Source: Candidatus Limnocylindrales bacterium (GTDB lineage: Bacteria > Chloroflexota > Limnocylindria > Limnocylindrales > CSP1-4). From it: a stretch of DNA of 64,000 bases. The notes under the pieces were generated by a model. The model had not been told where the DNA came from. It saw nothing but the letters and a program-made list of their open reading frames with translations, and did not search any database. Positions within the stretch are counted from its first letter, which is position 1. The number at the start of each line of letters is the position of its first letter. The DNA lies in NCBI GenBank assembly GCA_038250445.1, contig JBBSCI010000001.1, positions 1,524-65,523 on the forward strand. The letters run 5' to 3'. The translations under genes were made by a program, and so were the position numbers. Shown one piece after another: positions 1 to 9,539 of the stretch.

Positions 1-2108
1 GATGGGATGTTGATGTTGACGGCGTTGACCGGGTCGTTCGCCATTGCGAACATGTCGTGCGCCGTAGCGTCCATTGTGAGCGGGGAATCGTCGGCCGAGT
101 TGATCCGGATTCGCCCCGCGCCCCGGTCAAACGGATCTGCCGGAGTGGTGGTGTCTTCCTTCTTGACGTTGGTCGTCGCCGACATCATCAACGCCGACTT
201 GACCTGGCCCGGCGTCCACGACGGATGCGAGTCGAAGCCAAGGATCGCGGCGCCCGCGACGTGCGGTGAGGACATCGACGTACCGGCGATCGCCTGGAAA
301 TACTGTCCGGGCGGGCCCTCGACGATGGACTCGGGCGTGGGTGAATGGCCGGCGAGGATCTGCACGCCGGGTGCGGTCACGTCGGGCTTCAGGAAGAGCC
401 CGGCCGGCCCGCGAGACGAGAATGCGGCCATGACGTCGCCCTGGCCGTTGGCCGAGACGCCGGCAGTGAAGGTTGCTGTCGCGCCGGGGTTCGCCGCGAG
501 GAATGCCTTGAAGGCCGTTCCGTCGGCGAGGTGGACGGTCGGCAGCCAGTGGTTGTCGGTCTCGACGTCGGCGAGAGTCGGGTTGTAGAGAATCATGCCT
601 GCTGCACCGCCCTGAAGGACGTTGTAGCCCTTCGAGACGCGACCGAGGCCCGGCCCGCCTCGCTGGCAGGCGACGATCTTGCCGGTGAACGTGCCCGGCG
701 CTGCGGGGACGTCGCAGGACGTGTGACTGTATGGCGCCGCCGACGACAGGACGACGGGCAGTGGGCCCGCGCCGGCCGTGATCGAAGCACCGGTGAAGAC
801 GGCGCTCCTGGTCGAGCCCGTGACGGTCAGCGTGGAGCGGAACTCACGTCGCTGGGTCGAGGCTGCGGTGCTGACGACCCACGGTGAGAGGTGATTGGCG
901 GTTCCCGCGCCCGGGCCCTCGTTGCCGGCCGAGGTGGCGACAAAGATGCCGGCTGCATACGCGTCGAGGAATGCGAGCTCGACCGGGTCGGAGAACGGCT
1001 GGGTCCCACCCGAGATCGAGAAGTTGATCACGTCGACACCGTCCATGATGGCTTCCTGGACGGCGGCCGCGGAGTCGGAGCTGAAGCAGCCCTCGATGCC
1101 GCAGACCTTGTATTCGATGATGTGTGCGCCTGGGGCAATCCCGTGGATCGGGCCACGGTCGACACCGAGGACGGGCGCCGTCGTCACGACGTCGCCGGCT
1201 GCGGTGCTCGAGGTATGGGTGCCATGGCCGTTGGAGTCACGGGCCGTCTTGTACGGCTCGGCTGCGGCGCGAGCAGGATTCGAGAGGTACGTCGCGAGGA
1301 AGGGCTCGCCGCCGATGAGCTTGTTCTGGCACACAAACGGGTCACTGGCCGGGGTCAGAGGGTTGTCCCCGAAGTTGCATGTCCGGGCCGTGTGATCCGG
1401 CCGCTGCGGCGGTGCTGCCAGGACGCCCTGGTCCGCGAACGAGGGATGCTCGGGCCAGAGGCCCGTATCGAGGTCTCCGAAGATCACGCCTTGGCCGGCC
1501 TTCTTGGTCCCGCCGAGCGACGGATAGACGGCGTTCGCCCCGAGGAAGTTCGGGCTCGAGTCCGTATCGAGCTTGAGGAGCTTGTCGCTCTGGACCGCAA
1601 CCGCGCCCTTGATGGCGAGGACGTTCTTGACGGCATTGGCAGGGATCAAGGCCGAGATGCCGCCATAGACGGTCCGGAAGCTCTGTCCAACGACCGCCTT
1701 CGGAACCTTTGTCTTGAGGGCCTTCACGAAGGCCGATTCCTGCGAGGCGACGTAGGAGGCGTACTTGACTTCTGCCGAGGACCGGCGGTCAAGGGACTTG
1801 CCCGTAACCTGCGGGCTCGTAGCCGCAAAGCCTTCGATTCCACCGGCGTACGACGCGGCGGCGTCGTAGTCGAGCTTGATCATCACGTTGATGAGCGCGC
1901 CGTCCTTGCGCCCCAGAAGGGCAGGATCGGATTCGACGAGCTTGCTCGAGGCGCTCTTGAAGCCTTCGACCCGCCCGACAGGAGCGAGGTCCTTGGCGGT
2001 CAGGTTCTTCGGTGGTTGCGCCGCGCCGACAGGCGCGATCGTCGCAAACGACAGCAATAACGCGGCGCCGAGAGCCAAGCGAGACAGCCGGCGTGGTCGC
2101 GAGTGCAT
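1..2108 (-). CDS. Secreted subtilisin-like serine protease (peptidase S8), C-terminally partial at window edge
   Basis: Reverse-strand translation from ATG (comp 2106-2108, preceded by GGGAGGG SD) gives signal peptide MHSRPRRLSRLALGAALLLSFATIAPVGA, then subtilase His motif DSNGHGTHTSSTAAG and Ser motif GTSMSSPHVAGAA; ORF runs off position 1 so absent from ORF track; + strand ORFs 7..588, 345..887, 891..2060 are antisense artefacts. Confidence 0.85.
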   Translation of the reverse strand, partial: MHSRPRRLSRLALGAALLLSFATIAPVGAAQPPKNLTAKDLAPVGRVEGFKSASSKLVESDPALLGRKDGALINVMIKLDYDAAASYAGGIEGFAATSPQVTGKSLDRRSSAEVKYASYVASQESAFVKALKTKVPKAVVGQSFRTVYGGISALIPANAVKNVLAIKGAVAVQSDKLLKLDTDSSPNFLGANAVYPSLGGTKKAGQGVIFGDLDTGLWPEHPSFADQGVLAAPPQRPDHTARTCNFGDNPLTPASDPFVCQNKLIGGEPFLATYLSNPARAAAEPYKTARDSNGHGTHTSSTAAGDVVTTAPVLGVDRGPIHGIAPGAHIIEYKVCGIEGCFSSDSAAAVQEAIMDGVDVINFSISGGTQPFSDPVELAFLDAYAAGIFVATSAGNEGPGAGTANHLSPWVVSTAASTQRREFRSTLTVTGSTRSAVFTGASITAGAGPLPVVLSSAAPYSHTSCDVPAAPGTFTGKIVACQRGGPGLGRVSKGYNVLQGGAAGMILYNPTLADVETDNHWLPTVHLADGTAFKAFLAANPGATATFTAGVSANGQGDVMAAFSSRGPAGLFLKPDVTAPGVQILAGHSPTPESIVEGPPGQYFQAIAGTSMSSPHVAGAAILGFDSHPSWTPGQVKSALMMSATTNVKKEDTTTPADPFDRGAGRIRINSADDSPLTMDATAHDMFAMANDPVNAVNINIP

Positions 2109-2479
2109 GTTCACCCTCCCAAAACGGCCCCTGACATCGCGGACTCGTAACGTGGGGACGACCTGATTGCGGCCGTCCCGCCCGTCACATTGGATGCCCT
2201 GGGGCTATCAACTCCCGATGTGGGTGACCCGCACCGTGCGACCGCTAGATGCAGTCCGACCTCGTCGTCGTCTCACGACCCGGGCGCGCGCGCCTCGGGT
2301 TGAGCAACGATCGGGTCCCGCGCGTCGCGCCGATGACCTCCTACTCACGGCGCTCTGTTCGCGACAAAGAACACGTGTCTCCCGTTAGGGGGCATCGTCG
2401 CCCGCAGGCCAGAGCCGTGTCAATAACCGGTTGAATCTGCAACGCACGGGGAGCGGCCGCGACGGCGCGTAGTCAGCCG

Positions 2480-2960
2480 CGCATCGTGCCCGACACCAGA
2501 AAAGTGGTGAGCGGATGCACCAGTGGGCCCGTTGGTCCCCCTGCCGGACCACGACCCACTTGCACGCCCGGCGTTCGAACGAGCGGAGGAACGGCGTCGA
2601 TGCGAGGCGTTGACTGGGCCGCGTTCGCCGCGTTTAACGCCCGGCGTTCCAACGAGCGGAGGAGCGCCTCGAACCGGGGTTTTGGGCCGAGCCTCGTTCG
2701 CTGTTAGGAACGCCCGAGCGTTCAGCGTGAGGACGCGGGCGCCGCGTTTGCCCCGGGCCCGCGTCGCATGACTCGTTCGCCTCCTTGTTACGGCTCGCGA
2801 AACAACGAGCAAAGGAATGGCAAATTCGAGCAGTTCGTTCGCCGTTTGTTCCGGTTCGCGCAACAACAGGCGGAGGAACGGCCAATTCGGACCCGCCGCG
2901 CGTCCCTTGTCGGTCACTTGTTACGGCTGGCCAAACAACGGGCTCGGGCCGTCCAGGCTC
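2480..2960. repeat. Intergenic array of degenerate ~65-72 bp tandem repeats downstream of argG
   Basis: Recurring units containing aacaacgagc(a/g)(a/g)aggaa(c/t)ggc and cgttcgcc (e.g. 2572-2596 cgttcgaacgagcggaggaacggcg; 2644-2667 cgttccaacgagcggaggagcgcc; 2791-2820; 2853-2884; 2923-2949); 6-7 imperfect copies, no spacer/repeat regularity typical of CRISPR. Confidence 0.5.
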
Positions 2961-2964
2961 GAGC

Positions 2965-4251
2965 TCAGCCGGCCGGAACCGCCTCCGGGTCGGTGACCGT
3001 GCTCGGCAGGCCTTCCAGCAGCGGATCGGTCCACGTCCAGGCCGCGCCGTAGCGCGAACCGACCGCTCCGTGGCGGGCCGCCTCGACCCGCAGCGGCAGA
3101 CCGAAGATCTCGATGAACCCGACGGCGGCCGCGTGGTCGAACGCGTCACCCTCGTCGTAGGTCGCGAGATTCTTGTCATACAGTGAGAGCGGCGAGCGGC
3201 GGCCCGTCACGACCGCGGACCCGTGATCGAGGCGGACGCGAACCTCGCCGGACACGACCCGCTGCGACGACGCCACGTAGCCGCGCAGGTCGCGATGGAG
3301 GGCGCCGAACCACAACCCGTCGTAGGTCAGCTGAGCCAGCTCGTTGGCGACCAGCCGATCGAACCGCAGCGTGTCCTTCGACAGGGTCAGGCTCTCCAGC
3401 GCCCGATGGGCGGCATGAAGCACGGTCGCCGCCGGCGTCTCGTAGACCTCGCGGCTCTTGATCCCGACCAACCGGTCCTCGACATGGTCGATCCGCCCGA
3501 CGCCATGGGCCCCCGCCATGGCCGAGATCCGTTCGACGAGCTCGACCGGGGCCAGGCGCTCGCTGTCGAGGGCGACCGGGATGCCGCCCTCGAACTCGAT
3601 CGTGATCTCGACCGGCGCCGGTGCGTCGGAGGCAGGCACGGTCCACTCGTAGGCATCGGGCGGCGGAGTGACCCAGGGATCCTCGAGGACGCCGGTCTCG
3701 CAGGATCGGCCCCACAGGTTGACATCGATCGAATAGGGCGAGGCCTTCGTGATCGGGATCTCGATCCCGCGCTCCAACGCGTAGTCGATCTCCTGGTCGC
3801 GGGTCAGGCCCATCCCGACGCGCATCGGCGCAACGACCTCGAGACCCGGGTCGAGCGCATGGACTGCGACGTCGAAGCGGACCTGGTCATTGCCCTTACC
3901 AGTGCAGCCGTGGGCGACGGCGTCGGCGCCCTCGCGGCGGGCCACCTCGACGAGGAGCTGGGCGATGAGCGGCCTGGCCAGCGCGGTCGCGAGCGGATAG
4001 GCGCCCTGGTAGAGCGCGTTGGCCTGGAGGTGCGGCCAGACGAAGTCCGTGACGAACCGATCGCGTGCATCGACGACATACGAGCGCGACGCGCCGGCCG
4101 AGATCGCCCGCTTCTCGACCCCTTGGCGCAGCGAGCCGCCACCGACGTCGACGGTCAGCGTAACGACCTCGCAGCCGAACTGTTCGCGGAGCCAGGCGAC
4201 GGCGACCGACGTATCGAGCCCGCCCGAGTAGGCGAGGACGACCTTCTTCAT
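2965..4251 (-). CDS. argG: Argininosuccinate synthase
   Basis: 428 aa ORF, N-terminus MKKVVLAYSGGLDTSVAVAWL (PP-loop SGGLDTS), full-length ArgG similarity; start overlaps argR stop (ATGA). Confidence 0.95.
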   Translation of the reverse strand: MKKVVLAYSGGLDTSVAVAWLREQFGCEVVTLTVDVGGGSLRQGVEKRAISAGASRSYVVDARDRFVTDFVWPHLQANALYQGAYPLATALARPLIAQLLVEVARREGADAVAHGCTGKGNDQVRFDVAVHALDPGLEVVAPMRVGMGLTRDQEIDYALERGIEIPITKASPYSIDVNLWGRSCETGVLEDPWVTPPPDAYEWTVPASDAPAPVEITIEFEGGIPVALDSERLAPVELVERISAMAGAHGVGRIDHVEDRLVGIKSREVYETPAATVLHAAHRALESLTLSKDTLRFDRLVANELAQLTYDGLWFGALHRDLRGYVASSQRVVSGEVRVRLDHGSAVVTGRRSPLSLYDKNLATYDEGDAFDHAAAVGFIEIFGLPLRVEAARHGAVGSRYGAAWTWTDPLLEGLPSTVTDPEAVPAG

Positions 4252-4766
4252 GAACGAGCCTCCACGGGTTGCGGTCGGCGCTCCGATTCGGAGCGGATCT
4301 CCTCAAAACGCTCGAGCCACCGGTCCAGGCGCGCTTCGTCGGCGAACAGGACCAGGAGCGTATTGTCGCCCGCGAGGGTCCCTTCCTGCTCCTGGAGCGT
4401 CGAGTCGTCGATCGCCTGGGCGATGACACTCGCGGTGCCGGGCGACCCGATGATGAGCAGGGTCAGCCCGCTCCGCCCGACCGAGACCGGGATGTCGGCG
4501 AGGATCCGCCGCAGGCGTTCGTCCGAGATGCGGCGCGGCGGCGCGCCCGCCATGTCCTCCGTTGCGACGTAACGGTGGCCCTTGCCGCGGGCCACCTTGA
4601 CGAGCCCGAGATCCGCGATGTCGCGGCTGACGGTCGCCTGGGTCACGGTGAAGCCGCGCCGCGTCAGACGCTCCGCGAGCTCGCCCTGGCTACCGATCGG
4701 TTCGGCCGTGATGATCTCGCGGACAGCACGTTGGCGGTCACGCTTTGCTGCTGGTCCTGCGTTCAT
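4248..4766 (-). CDS. argR: Arginine repressor ArgR
   Basis: Internal ATG (comp 4764-4766) of the 388-aa ORF gives 172 aa MNAGPAAKRDRQRAVREIITAEPIGSQGELAERLTRRGFTVTQATVSRDIADLGLVKV (winged HTH) plus C-terminal oligomerisation/arginine-binding region; the long upstream extension overlaps argB in another frame; ATGA overlap with argB stop. Confidence 0.9.
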   Translation of the reverse strand: MNAGPAAKRDRQRAVREIITAEPIGSQGELAERLTRRGFTVTQATVSRDIADLGLVKVARGKGHRYVATEDMAGAPPRRISDERLRRILADIPVSVGRSGLTLLIIGSPGTASVIAQAIDDSTLQEQEGTLAGDNTLLVLFADEARLDRWLERFEEIRSESERRPQPVEARS

Positions 4767-5548
4767 GCTGCACCCACCGCGCGTCGGCTCGCCGTCAATC
4801 GCGTCCCGAACGTCGGGTCCGCGAGCGCCCGCTCGAGCGCTCCATCGGCCGAAGCGTCGGCGATGATCGCCTCGGCGCCATCCCATGTCAGCGCTGCGAG
4901 CGCGGCGCGAATCTTGGGGACCATGCCGCCGCCGATCACGCCGGCATCGATCAGCGTTTCGGCCTCGGCGACGGTCAGCGTGTCGAGGCGGCGATCGTCC
5001 GCGTCGCGGACCCCGTCGACGTCGGTCAGGAGGACCAGCTGGCGGGCGCCGAGACCGGCGGCGATCCCGGCCGCGACGTCGTCGGCGTTGACGTTGCAGA
5101 CGATGCCATCCTCGTCGCGGGCGAGGGGAGCGACGACGGGAACCTGACCGCCGACGAGAACCGCGTCGAGGAGGTCGCGCCGGAGCCCGACGACATGGGC
5201 GACGAGGCCCATGCCCGGCACGCGCTCGGCAATGAGCAGGCCGCCGTCCACCCCCGACAGGCCGACCGCGTCGACGCCGAGATCGCGGAGCCCGGCGACG
5301 AGCTCGCTGTTGACGACGCCCCGAAGGACCGCCGCGGCAACCTCGAGCGCGGCCTGGTCGGTGACCCGAAGGCCGCCTTCGAACTTGCTCTTGACCCCGA
5401 GACGATCGAGCCATTCGGTGATCCGCTTGCCGCCGCCGTGGACGAGGACGACCGGCCGACGCCGGGCCACCGTCGCGACTTCGGCGAGCACCTGGGCCTG
5501 GTCGGCGATCGTCGATCCCCCAAGCTTGACGACGACGATCTCACTCAC
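4763..5548 (-). CDS. argB: N-acetylglutamate kinase
   Basis: 261 aa, MSEIVVVKLGGSTIAD...VLVHGGG...NVNADD motifs of the amino-acid kinase family. Confidence 0.95.
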   Translation of the reverse strand: MSEIVVVKLGGSTIADQAQVLAEVATVARRRPVVLVHGGGKRITEWLDRLGVKSKFEGGLRVTDQAALEVAAAVLRGVVNSELVAGLRDLGVDAVGLSGVDGGLLIAERVPGMGLVAHVVGLRRDLLDAVLVGGQVPVVAPLARDEDGIVCNVNADDVAAGIAAGLGARQLVLLTDVDGVRDADDRRLDTLTVAEAETLIDAGVIGGGMVPKIRAALAALTWDGAEAIIADASADGALERALADPTFGTRLTASRRAVGAA

Positions 5549-6921
5549 GTCGTGTATTCCGAGTTTTCAATGACGTATGCCTCCGTCAGATCACAGCCGA
5601 AGGCCTCGCCGGTCCCGTCGGCGAGGCCGAGATCGAGTCGGATGAGGACCTCCGGCGCGTTCATCGCCGTCCGGGCAGCCTCGCGATCGAAGATCAGTGG
5701 TCCGCCCTTTGCGCCGTCGAAGACGAGGTGGCCTGCGATCGCGATTCGGAGCCGATCAGGATCGACAGTGGCCGCGCGCCCGCCGCGCGTCTCCGCTTCG
5801 GAGCGTCCGAGCCCCGCCGCCTCGAGGACCGCGGCGTCCGCCAGCCGGGCGTTGCCTGCGGCGCCCGCGACGCGGCCCCAGTTCGGATCGCGGCCGTGAG
5901 CGGCCGCCTTGACGAGGCTGCTCGACACGACCGCCCGGCCGACACCGCGCGCCTCGGCGTCGTCGATCGCGCCCGTGACCTGGCACGTGATCAGCGTCGT
6001 CGCGCCCTCCCCGTCGGCCGCCTGTTGGCGGGCGAGATCCCGGGCGACGGCCTCGATCGCGAGGCCAAGCTCCTCCGCCTCCATCGTGCCCGCCTCGACC
6101 ATCGCTCCGCCGGCCGCGCCGGAAGCCAGCACGAAGACCGTGTCGTTCGTGCTCGTGTCGCCGTCAACGCTCAGCTGGTCCCACGTCCGCGCGGCCGCAG
6201 GCCGAAGCAGCGAGTGGAGGAGCGCTGGCTCGATGCTCGCATCGGTGAGCAGGACCGCGAGCATCGTTGCCATCCGGGGATGGATCATGCCGACGCCCTT
6301 TGCGATGCCCGTGACCCGGACTGAGCGGACCGCAAGCCCGTCGACCTCGGGGAGCGTCAGCGTCGTCGTTGCTGCCTTCGTCCGCGAGTCGGTCGTGCGG
6401 AGGGCGATCGCCGCGGCTTCCAGCCCGTCATCGGTCGAGGTGAGGGTTGGAGCCAGCCCCGCGATCCCGTCCGCGACAATCGGGAGCGGCAGGCGCGTCC
6501 CGATGATCCCCGTCGACAGCAGCAGCATTCGCTCAACATCGCCGCCGATGGCCGCCGCGAGCATGCCCGCGACCTCGGCCTGGTCGGCGTCGCCGGCTGC
6601 GCCGGTCGCAGCGTTGGCGCAGCCGCTGGTCGAGACGACGGCGTCGGCCCAACCGCCGCTTGCCGCGAGGTGTGCCCTCGACAGCCGGACCGGAGCGGCG
6701 GCGAAGGCGTTCGGCGTGAAGACGGCGGCGGCAGCGGCGGGTCGGGGCCGGCCGTCCGTGTCAGGCAGCGTCGCGATGATCGCGAGGTCCGGCCGACCGG
6801 ATGCTTTGATGCCGGCTGCGGCCCCACCTGCGCGGAAGCCAGCCGGGATGGCGGCCCGGCGCTCGACCGGCGGGAGGCCGGTCGGCAGCGGGAGGAGCTC
6901 GTCGGTGGTCGCGGTCGTCAT
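5545..6921 (-). CDS. argJ: Glutamate N-acetyltransferase / ornithine acetyltransferase ArgJ
   Basis: Start taken at in-frame ATG comp(6919-6921) (MTTATTDELLPLPTGLPPVERRAAIPAGFRAGGAAAGIKASGRPDLAII...), not at the ORF-track start 7176 whose first 85 residues are low-complexity; ATML autoprocessing region (HPRMATMLAVLLTDA) present. Confidence 0.9.
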   Translation of the reverse strand: MTTATTDELLPLPTGLPPVERRAAIPAGFRAGGAAAGIKASGRPDLAIIATLPDTDGRPRPAAAAAVFTPNAFAAAPVRLSRAHLAASGGWADAVVSTSGCANAATGAAGDADQAEVAGMLAAAIGGDVERMLLLSTGIIGTRLPLPIVADGIAGLAPTLTSTDDGLEAAAIALRTTDSRTKAATTTLTLPEVDGLAVRSVRVTGIAKGVGMIHPRMATMLAVLLTDASIEPALLHSLLRPAAARTWDQLSVDGDTSTNDTVFVLASGAAGGAMVEAGTMEAEELGLAIEAVARDLARQQAADGEGATTLITCQVTGAIDDAEARGVGRAVVSSSLVKAAAHGRDPNWGRVAGAAGNARLADAAVLEAAGLGRSEAETRGGRAATVDPDRLRIAIAGHLVFDGAKGGPLIFDREAARTAMNAPEVLIRLDLGLADGTGEAFGCDLTEAYVIENSEYTT

Positions 6922-6928
6922 GAGCGCG

Positions 6929-8071
6929 CTACGGGGCGAGGGGAAGCTGGTCGAGGCCTGCCGTCTCGTCGAGGCCGTGGACGATGTTGAACGCCTGGAT
7001 CGCCTGGCCGGCGGCGCCCTTGACCAGGTTGTCGATGACGCCGATCGCGAGGACCCGGTCCGTCCGCGGATCGTGGTGGACGTGGACGCGGGCGTGATTG
7101 CTGCCGGTGACGTGCTTCGTCGCGGGCGGCTGGGCGACGACCGTGACGAACGGCTCGTCGGCATAGGCCTCGGCATACAGAGCGTCGAGCTCGGCCTGGT
7201 CGACTGCGCGGGTCGGTCGGACGTGGCAGGCCGACAGGATGCCGCGGGTCATCGGGATAAGGTGGGGCAGGAAGTCGACGTCCGCGGCGCCGGGGTTGCT
7301 CGCGCGAGATGATCGACCGAGCCAGATGAGCTCCTGCTCGATCTCGGCAACGTGGCGGTGGCCGGTGACGCCGTACGCCTTCACGCTCTCGTTGACCTCG
7401 CCGAACATCAGGTCTGCCTTCGCCTCGCGGCCGGCGCCCGATACGCCGCTCTTGGCGTCGACCACGAGGTCGCGGATCAGCCCGGCCCGGGCGAGCGGCG
7501 CGAGGGCGAGCAGCGTCGCCGTCGGGTAGCAGCCGGGGGCTCCGACGATCGCTCGCCCGGCCGTCCGGAGCGACGCCAGCTCCGCACGGTGGAGCTCGGG
7601 CAGGCCGTAGACGGCGTCGTCGAGGAGCTCGGGCACCGGATGCTCGAAGCCGTACCAGCGCGGGTAGTCGCCCGGATCGCGGAGGCGGAAGTCAGGCCCG
7701 AGGTCGATGATCGCGGTGCCGGCGGCGGCGAGGTCCGGGACGAGCTCGGCGGCGGTCCCGTGGGGCAGGGCGAGGAAGACGGCGTCGACCGGCGGCAGCG
7801 TTGCGTTCACCTCGCGCCCCGTACCCGAGAGGTGGGCGTGTGTCGCGCCGATCGGTTCGGCCTCGCGGTCGCGGCCCTGTAGGCCGACGATGTCCACGTA
7901 CGGATGGCGCGAGAGCAGGCGGATCAGTTCGGCGCCGACGTATCCGGTCGCGCCGATGATGCCGACACGAACTCGGTCGTCATGCCTGGCGGGTCCCCGA
8001 CTGCCTGGCGCGGCGGCGGCGCCGGGGCGGCGGTCCGTCGCGACTCCGGCATCCGCGCTGCCTGCGCTCAC
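6929..8071 (-). CDS. argC: N-acetyl-gamma-glutamyl-phosphate reductase ArgC (start uncertain)
   Basis: Conserved VRVGIIGATGYVGAELIRLL...GAPGCYPT (catalytic Cys) ...; no canonical start codon in frame near the conserved N-terminus; nearest in-frame start is GTG comp(8069-8071); an ATG at comp(7981-7983) is +1 out of frame; ORF-track start 8842 is implausibly far upstream. Confidence 0.8.
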   Translation of the reverse strand: MSAGSADAGVATDRRPGAAAAPGSRGPARHDDRVRVGIIGATGYVGAELIRLLSRHPYVDIVGLQGRDREAEPIGATHAHLSGTGREVNATLPPVDAVFLALPHGTAAELVPDLAAAGTAIIDLGPDFRLRDPGDYPRWYGFEHPVPELLDDAVYGLPELHRAELASLRTAGRAIVGAPGCYPTATLLALAPLARAGLIRDLVVDAKSGVSGAGREAKADLMFGEVNESVKAYGVTGHRHVAEIEQELIWLGRSSRASNPGAADVDFLPHLIPMTRGILSACHVRPTRAVDQAELDALYAEAYADEPFVTVVAQPPATKHVTGSNHARVHVHHDPRTDRVLAIGVIDNLVKGAAGQAIQAFNIVHGLDETAGLDQLPLAP

Positions 8072-8161
8072 AGGCGCACGCGGCCGCTCACGGGAGGCCA
8101 GGCGGTTGCGGAACGGAAGACGTGGCGGATCGCCGTCATGGCCCGATAACCATACATCCAC

Positions 8162-8180
8162 TTTGCATAATGATGCAAAC
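8162..8180. promoter_or_regulatory. Candidate ARG box (ArgR operator) in argC upstream region
   Basis: tttgcataatgatgcaaac = imperfect palindrome TGCATaatgATGCA resembling ARG-box consensus, in the AT-richer divergent intergenic region between argC and the DUF4395 gene; a weaker second half-site-like copy (cgcatccgaactgcaat) follows immediately. Confidence 0.5.
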
Positions 8181-8281
8181 GCATCCGAACTGCAATCTTC
8201 CGGCATCGGCAAAAGCCCTAGTGGACTAGTAGAACTTCGAATAGAGTTTGCACCAGACGCCACCGAGAGGAGACCACCCCG

Positions 8282-8806
8282 ATGCCCAATGCCGTTCCCG
8301 TAGAGGCGGGCGCCAACCTGCCGCGGGCGGGCAACATCGATCCGCGCGGGCATCGTTTCGGGGCCGGAGTGTCGGCGCTGTTGCTGATTGCGTCGTTCGT
8401 CACCGGCTGGGTTCCGGGGGTCGTCCTGGCGCTCCTGTCGATCGGGACCAGCGCGGCCTTCGGCCTGCGGTACTCGATCTATGGCGTCGTCTGGCGGCGG
8501 ATCGCTCGGGCGATGAAGCTGCCGAAAGTCGAGCCCGAGCACGAGTACCCGCCGCGCTTCGCCCAGACGCTCGGGTCGCTGGTGCTCATCGTGTCGCTGG
8601 TTGCGTTCCTTCTGAGCGGGCCGGTCGTCGGCTGGGGCCTCGCCCTCGCGGTCGCCGACCTCCAGTTGCTCCTGGCCGTGACCGGGTACTGCCTTGGCTG
8701 CCGGCTGTACTTCCTGCGCTGGTGGGTCCCGAGCGTCGTGACCTCGATCTGGACGCGGGGTGCCTCGCGGCCAGTCGTCGACAGCGCGCCCATCCGCTTC
8801 GGCTGA
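8282..8806 (+). CDS. DUF4395-like small integral membrane protein
   Basis: 174 aa, 4 predicted TM helices, GYCLGC motif; strong RBS gagaggagaccacccc upstream of ATG 8282. Confidence 0.6.
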   Translation: MPNAVPVEAGANLPRAGNIDPRGHRFGAGVSALLLIASFVTGWVPGVVLALLSIGTSAAFGLRYSIYGVVWRRIARAMKLPKVEPEHEYPPRFAQTLGSLVLIVSLVAFLLSGPVVGWGLALAVADLQLLLAVTGYCLGCRLYFLRWWVPSVVTSIWTRGASRPVVDSAPIRFG

Positions 8807-8862
8807 TCGCGGGGCTGACCGCCCAGACCGCCGATCGATCAATCGGCGGTATCGTTGGTCCG

Positions 8863-9525
8863 ATGTCGAACGACTCCATCGGCCTCCCGCCCGCCCTCCA
8901 GGCCTACCTGGTCGAGCACGGCGTTCGCGAGCCCGAGATCCTCAAACGGCTCCGCGAGGAAACGTCGCTGCTCCCGCAGCACGACATGCAGATCGCCCCC
9001 GAGCAGGGCGCATTCATGTCGATGCTGGTCGGACTGATCGGCGCGAAGCGCTGCATCGAGATCGGGACGTTCACAGGCTACAGCTCGCTCGCTGTCGCGC
9101 TGGCGATGCCGGCCGATGGGCGGATCGTCTGCTGCGACGTGTCGAAGGAGTGGACGTCAGTCGCCCGGCGCTACTGGGCCGAGGCGGGCGTCGGCGATCG
9201 GGTCGACCTGCGGCTTGCCCCAGCCCTCGAGACGCTCGATGAGCTCCTCGCCGGCGGCGCCGCCGGGACGTTCGACTTCGCCTTCATTGACGCGTCCAAG
9301 CGCGAGTATCCCGACTACCACGAGCGGATCCTCCGGCTCCTCCGACCCGGTGGACTGGCGGTCTACGACAACGTGTTCTGGGGCGGCGAGGTCGTCGACG
9401 AGACGGGCAAAGACCCGGATCTGCTCGGGGTGCGACGACTCAACGATCGGCTCCTCCGCGATGAGCGAGTCGAGATCAGCATGATCCCGGTCGCCGACGG
9501 CCTGACGCTGGTCCGCAAGCGCTAG
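8863..9525 (+). CDS. Class I SAM-dependent O-methyltransferase (caffeoyl-CoA OMT family)
   Basis: Internal ATG 8863 of ORF 8248..9525; MSNDSIGLPPALQAYLVEHGVREPEILKRLREET...CIEIGTFTGYSSLAVA...FDFAFIDASKREYPDY typical of PF01596 O-methyltransferases. Confidence 0.85.
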   Translation: MSNDSIGLPPALQAYLVEHGVREPEILKRLREETSLLPQHDMQIAPEQGAFMSMLVGLIGAKRCIEIGTFTGYSSLAVALAMPADGRIVCCDVSKEWTSVARRYWAEAGVGDRVDLRLAPALETLDELLAGGAAGTFDFAFIDASKREYPDYHERILRLLRPGGLAVYDNVFWGGEVVDETGKDPDLLGVRRLNDRLLRDERVEISMIPVADGLTLVRKR

Positions 9526-9539
9526 GTCGATCGGCCCAC

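Noticed and set aside
7-2060. Plus-strand ORFs 7..588, 345..887, 891..2060, 895..1395
   Set aside because: They are antisense to a well-supported subtilase gene on the minus strand; their proteins are low-complexity Arg/Gly/Ala-rich, typical of spurious ORFs in GC-rich DNA.
2480-2960. Possible CRISPR array
   Set aside because: Repeats are degenerate, of variable length and spacing, with no alternation of conserved repeats and unique spacers; no cas genes nearby.
8248-8862. N-terminal 205 codons of ORF-track call 8248..9525
   Set aside because: That part overlaps the DUF4395 gene in another frame and is low-complexity; the methyltransferase starts at the internal ATG 8863.
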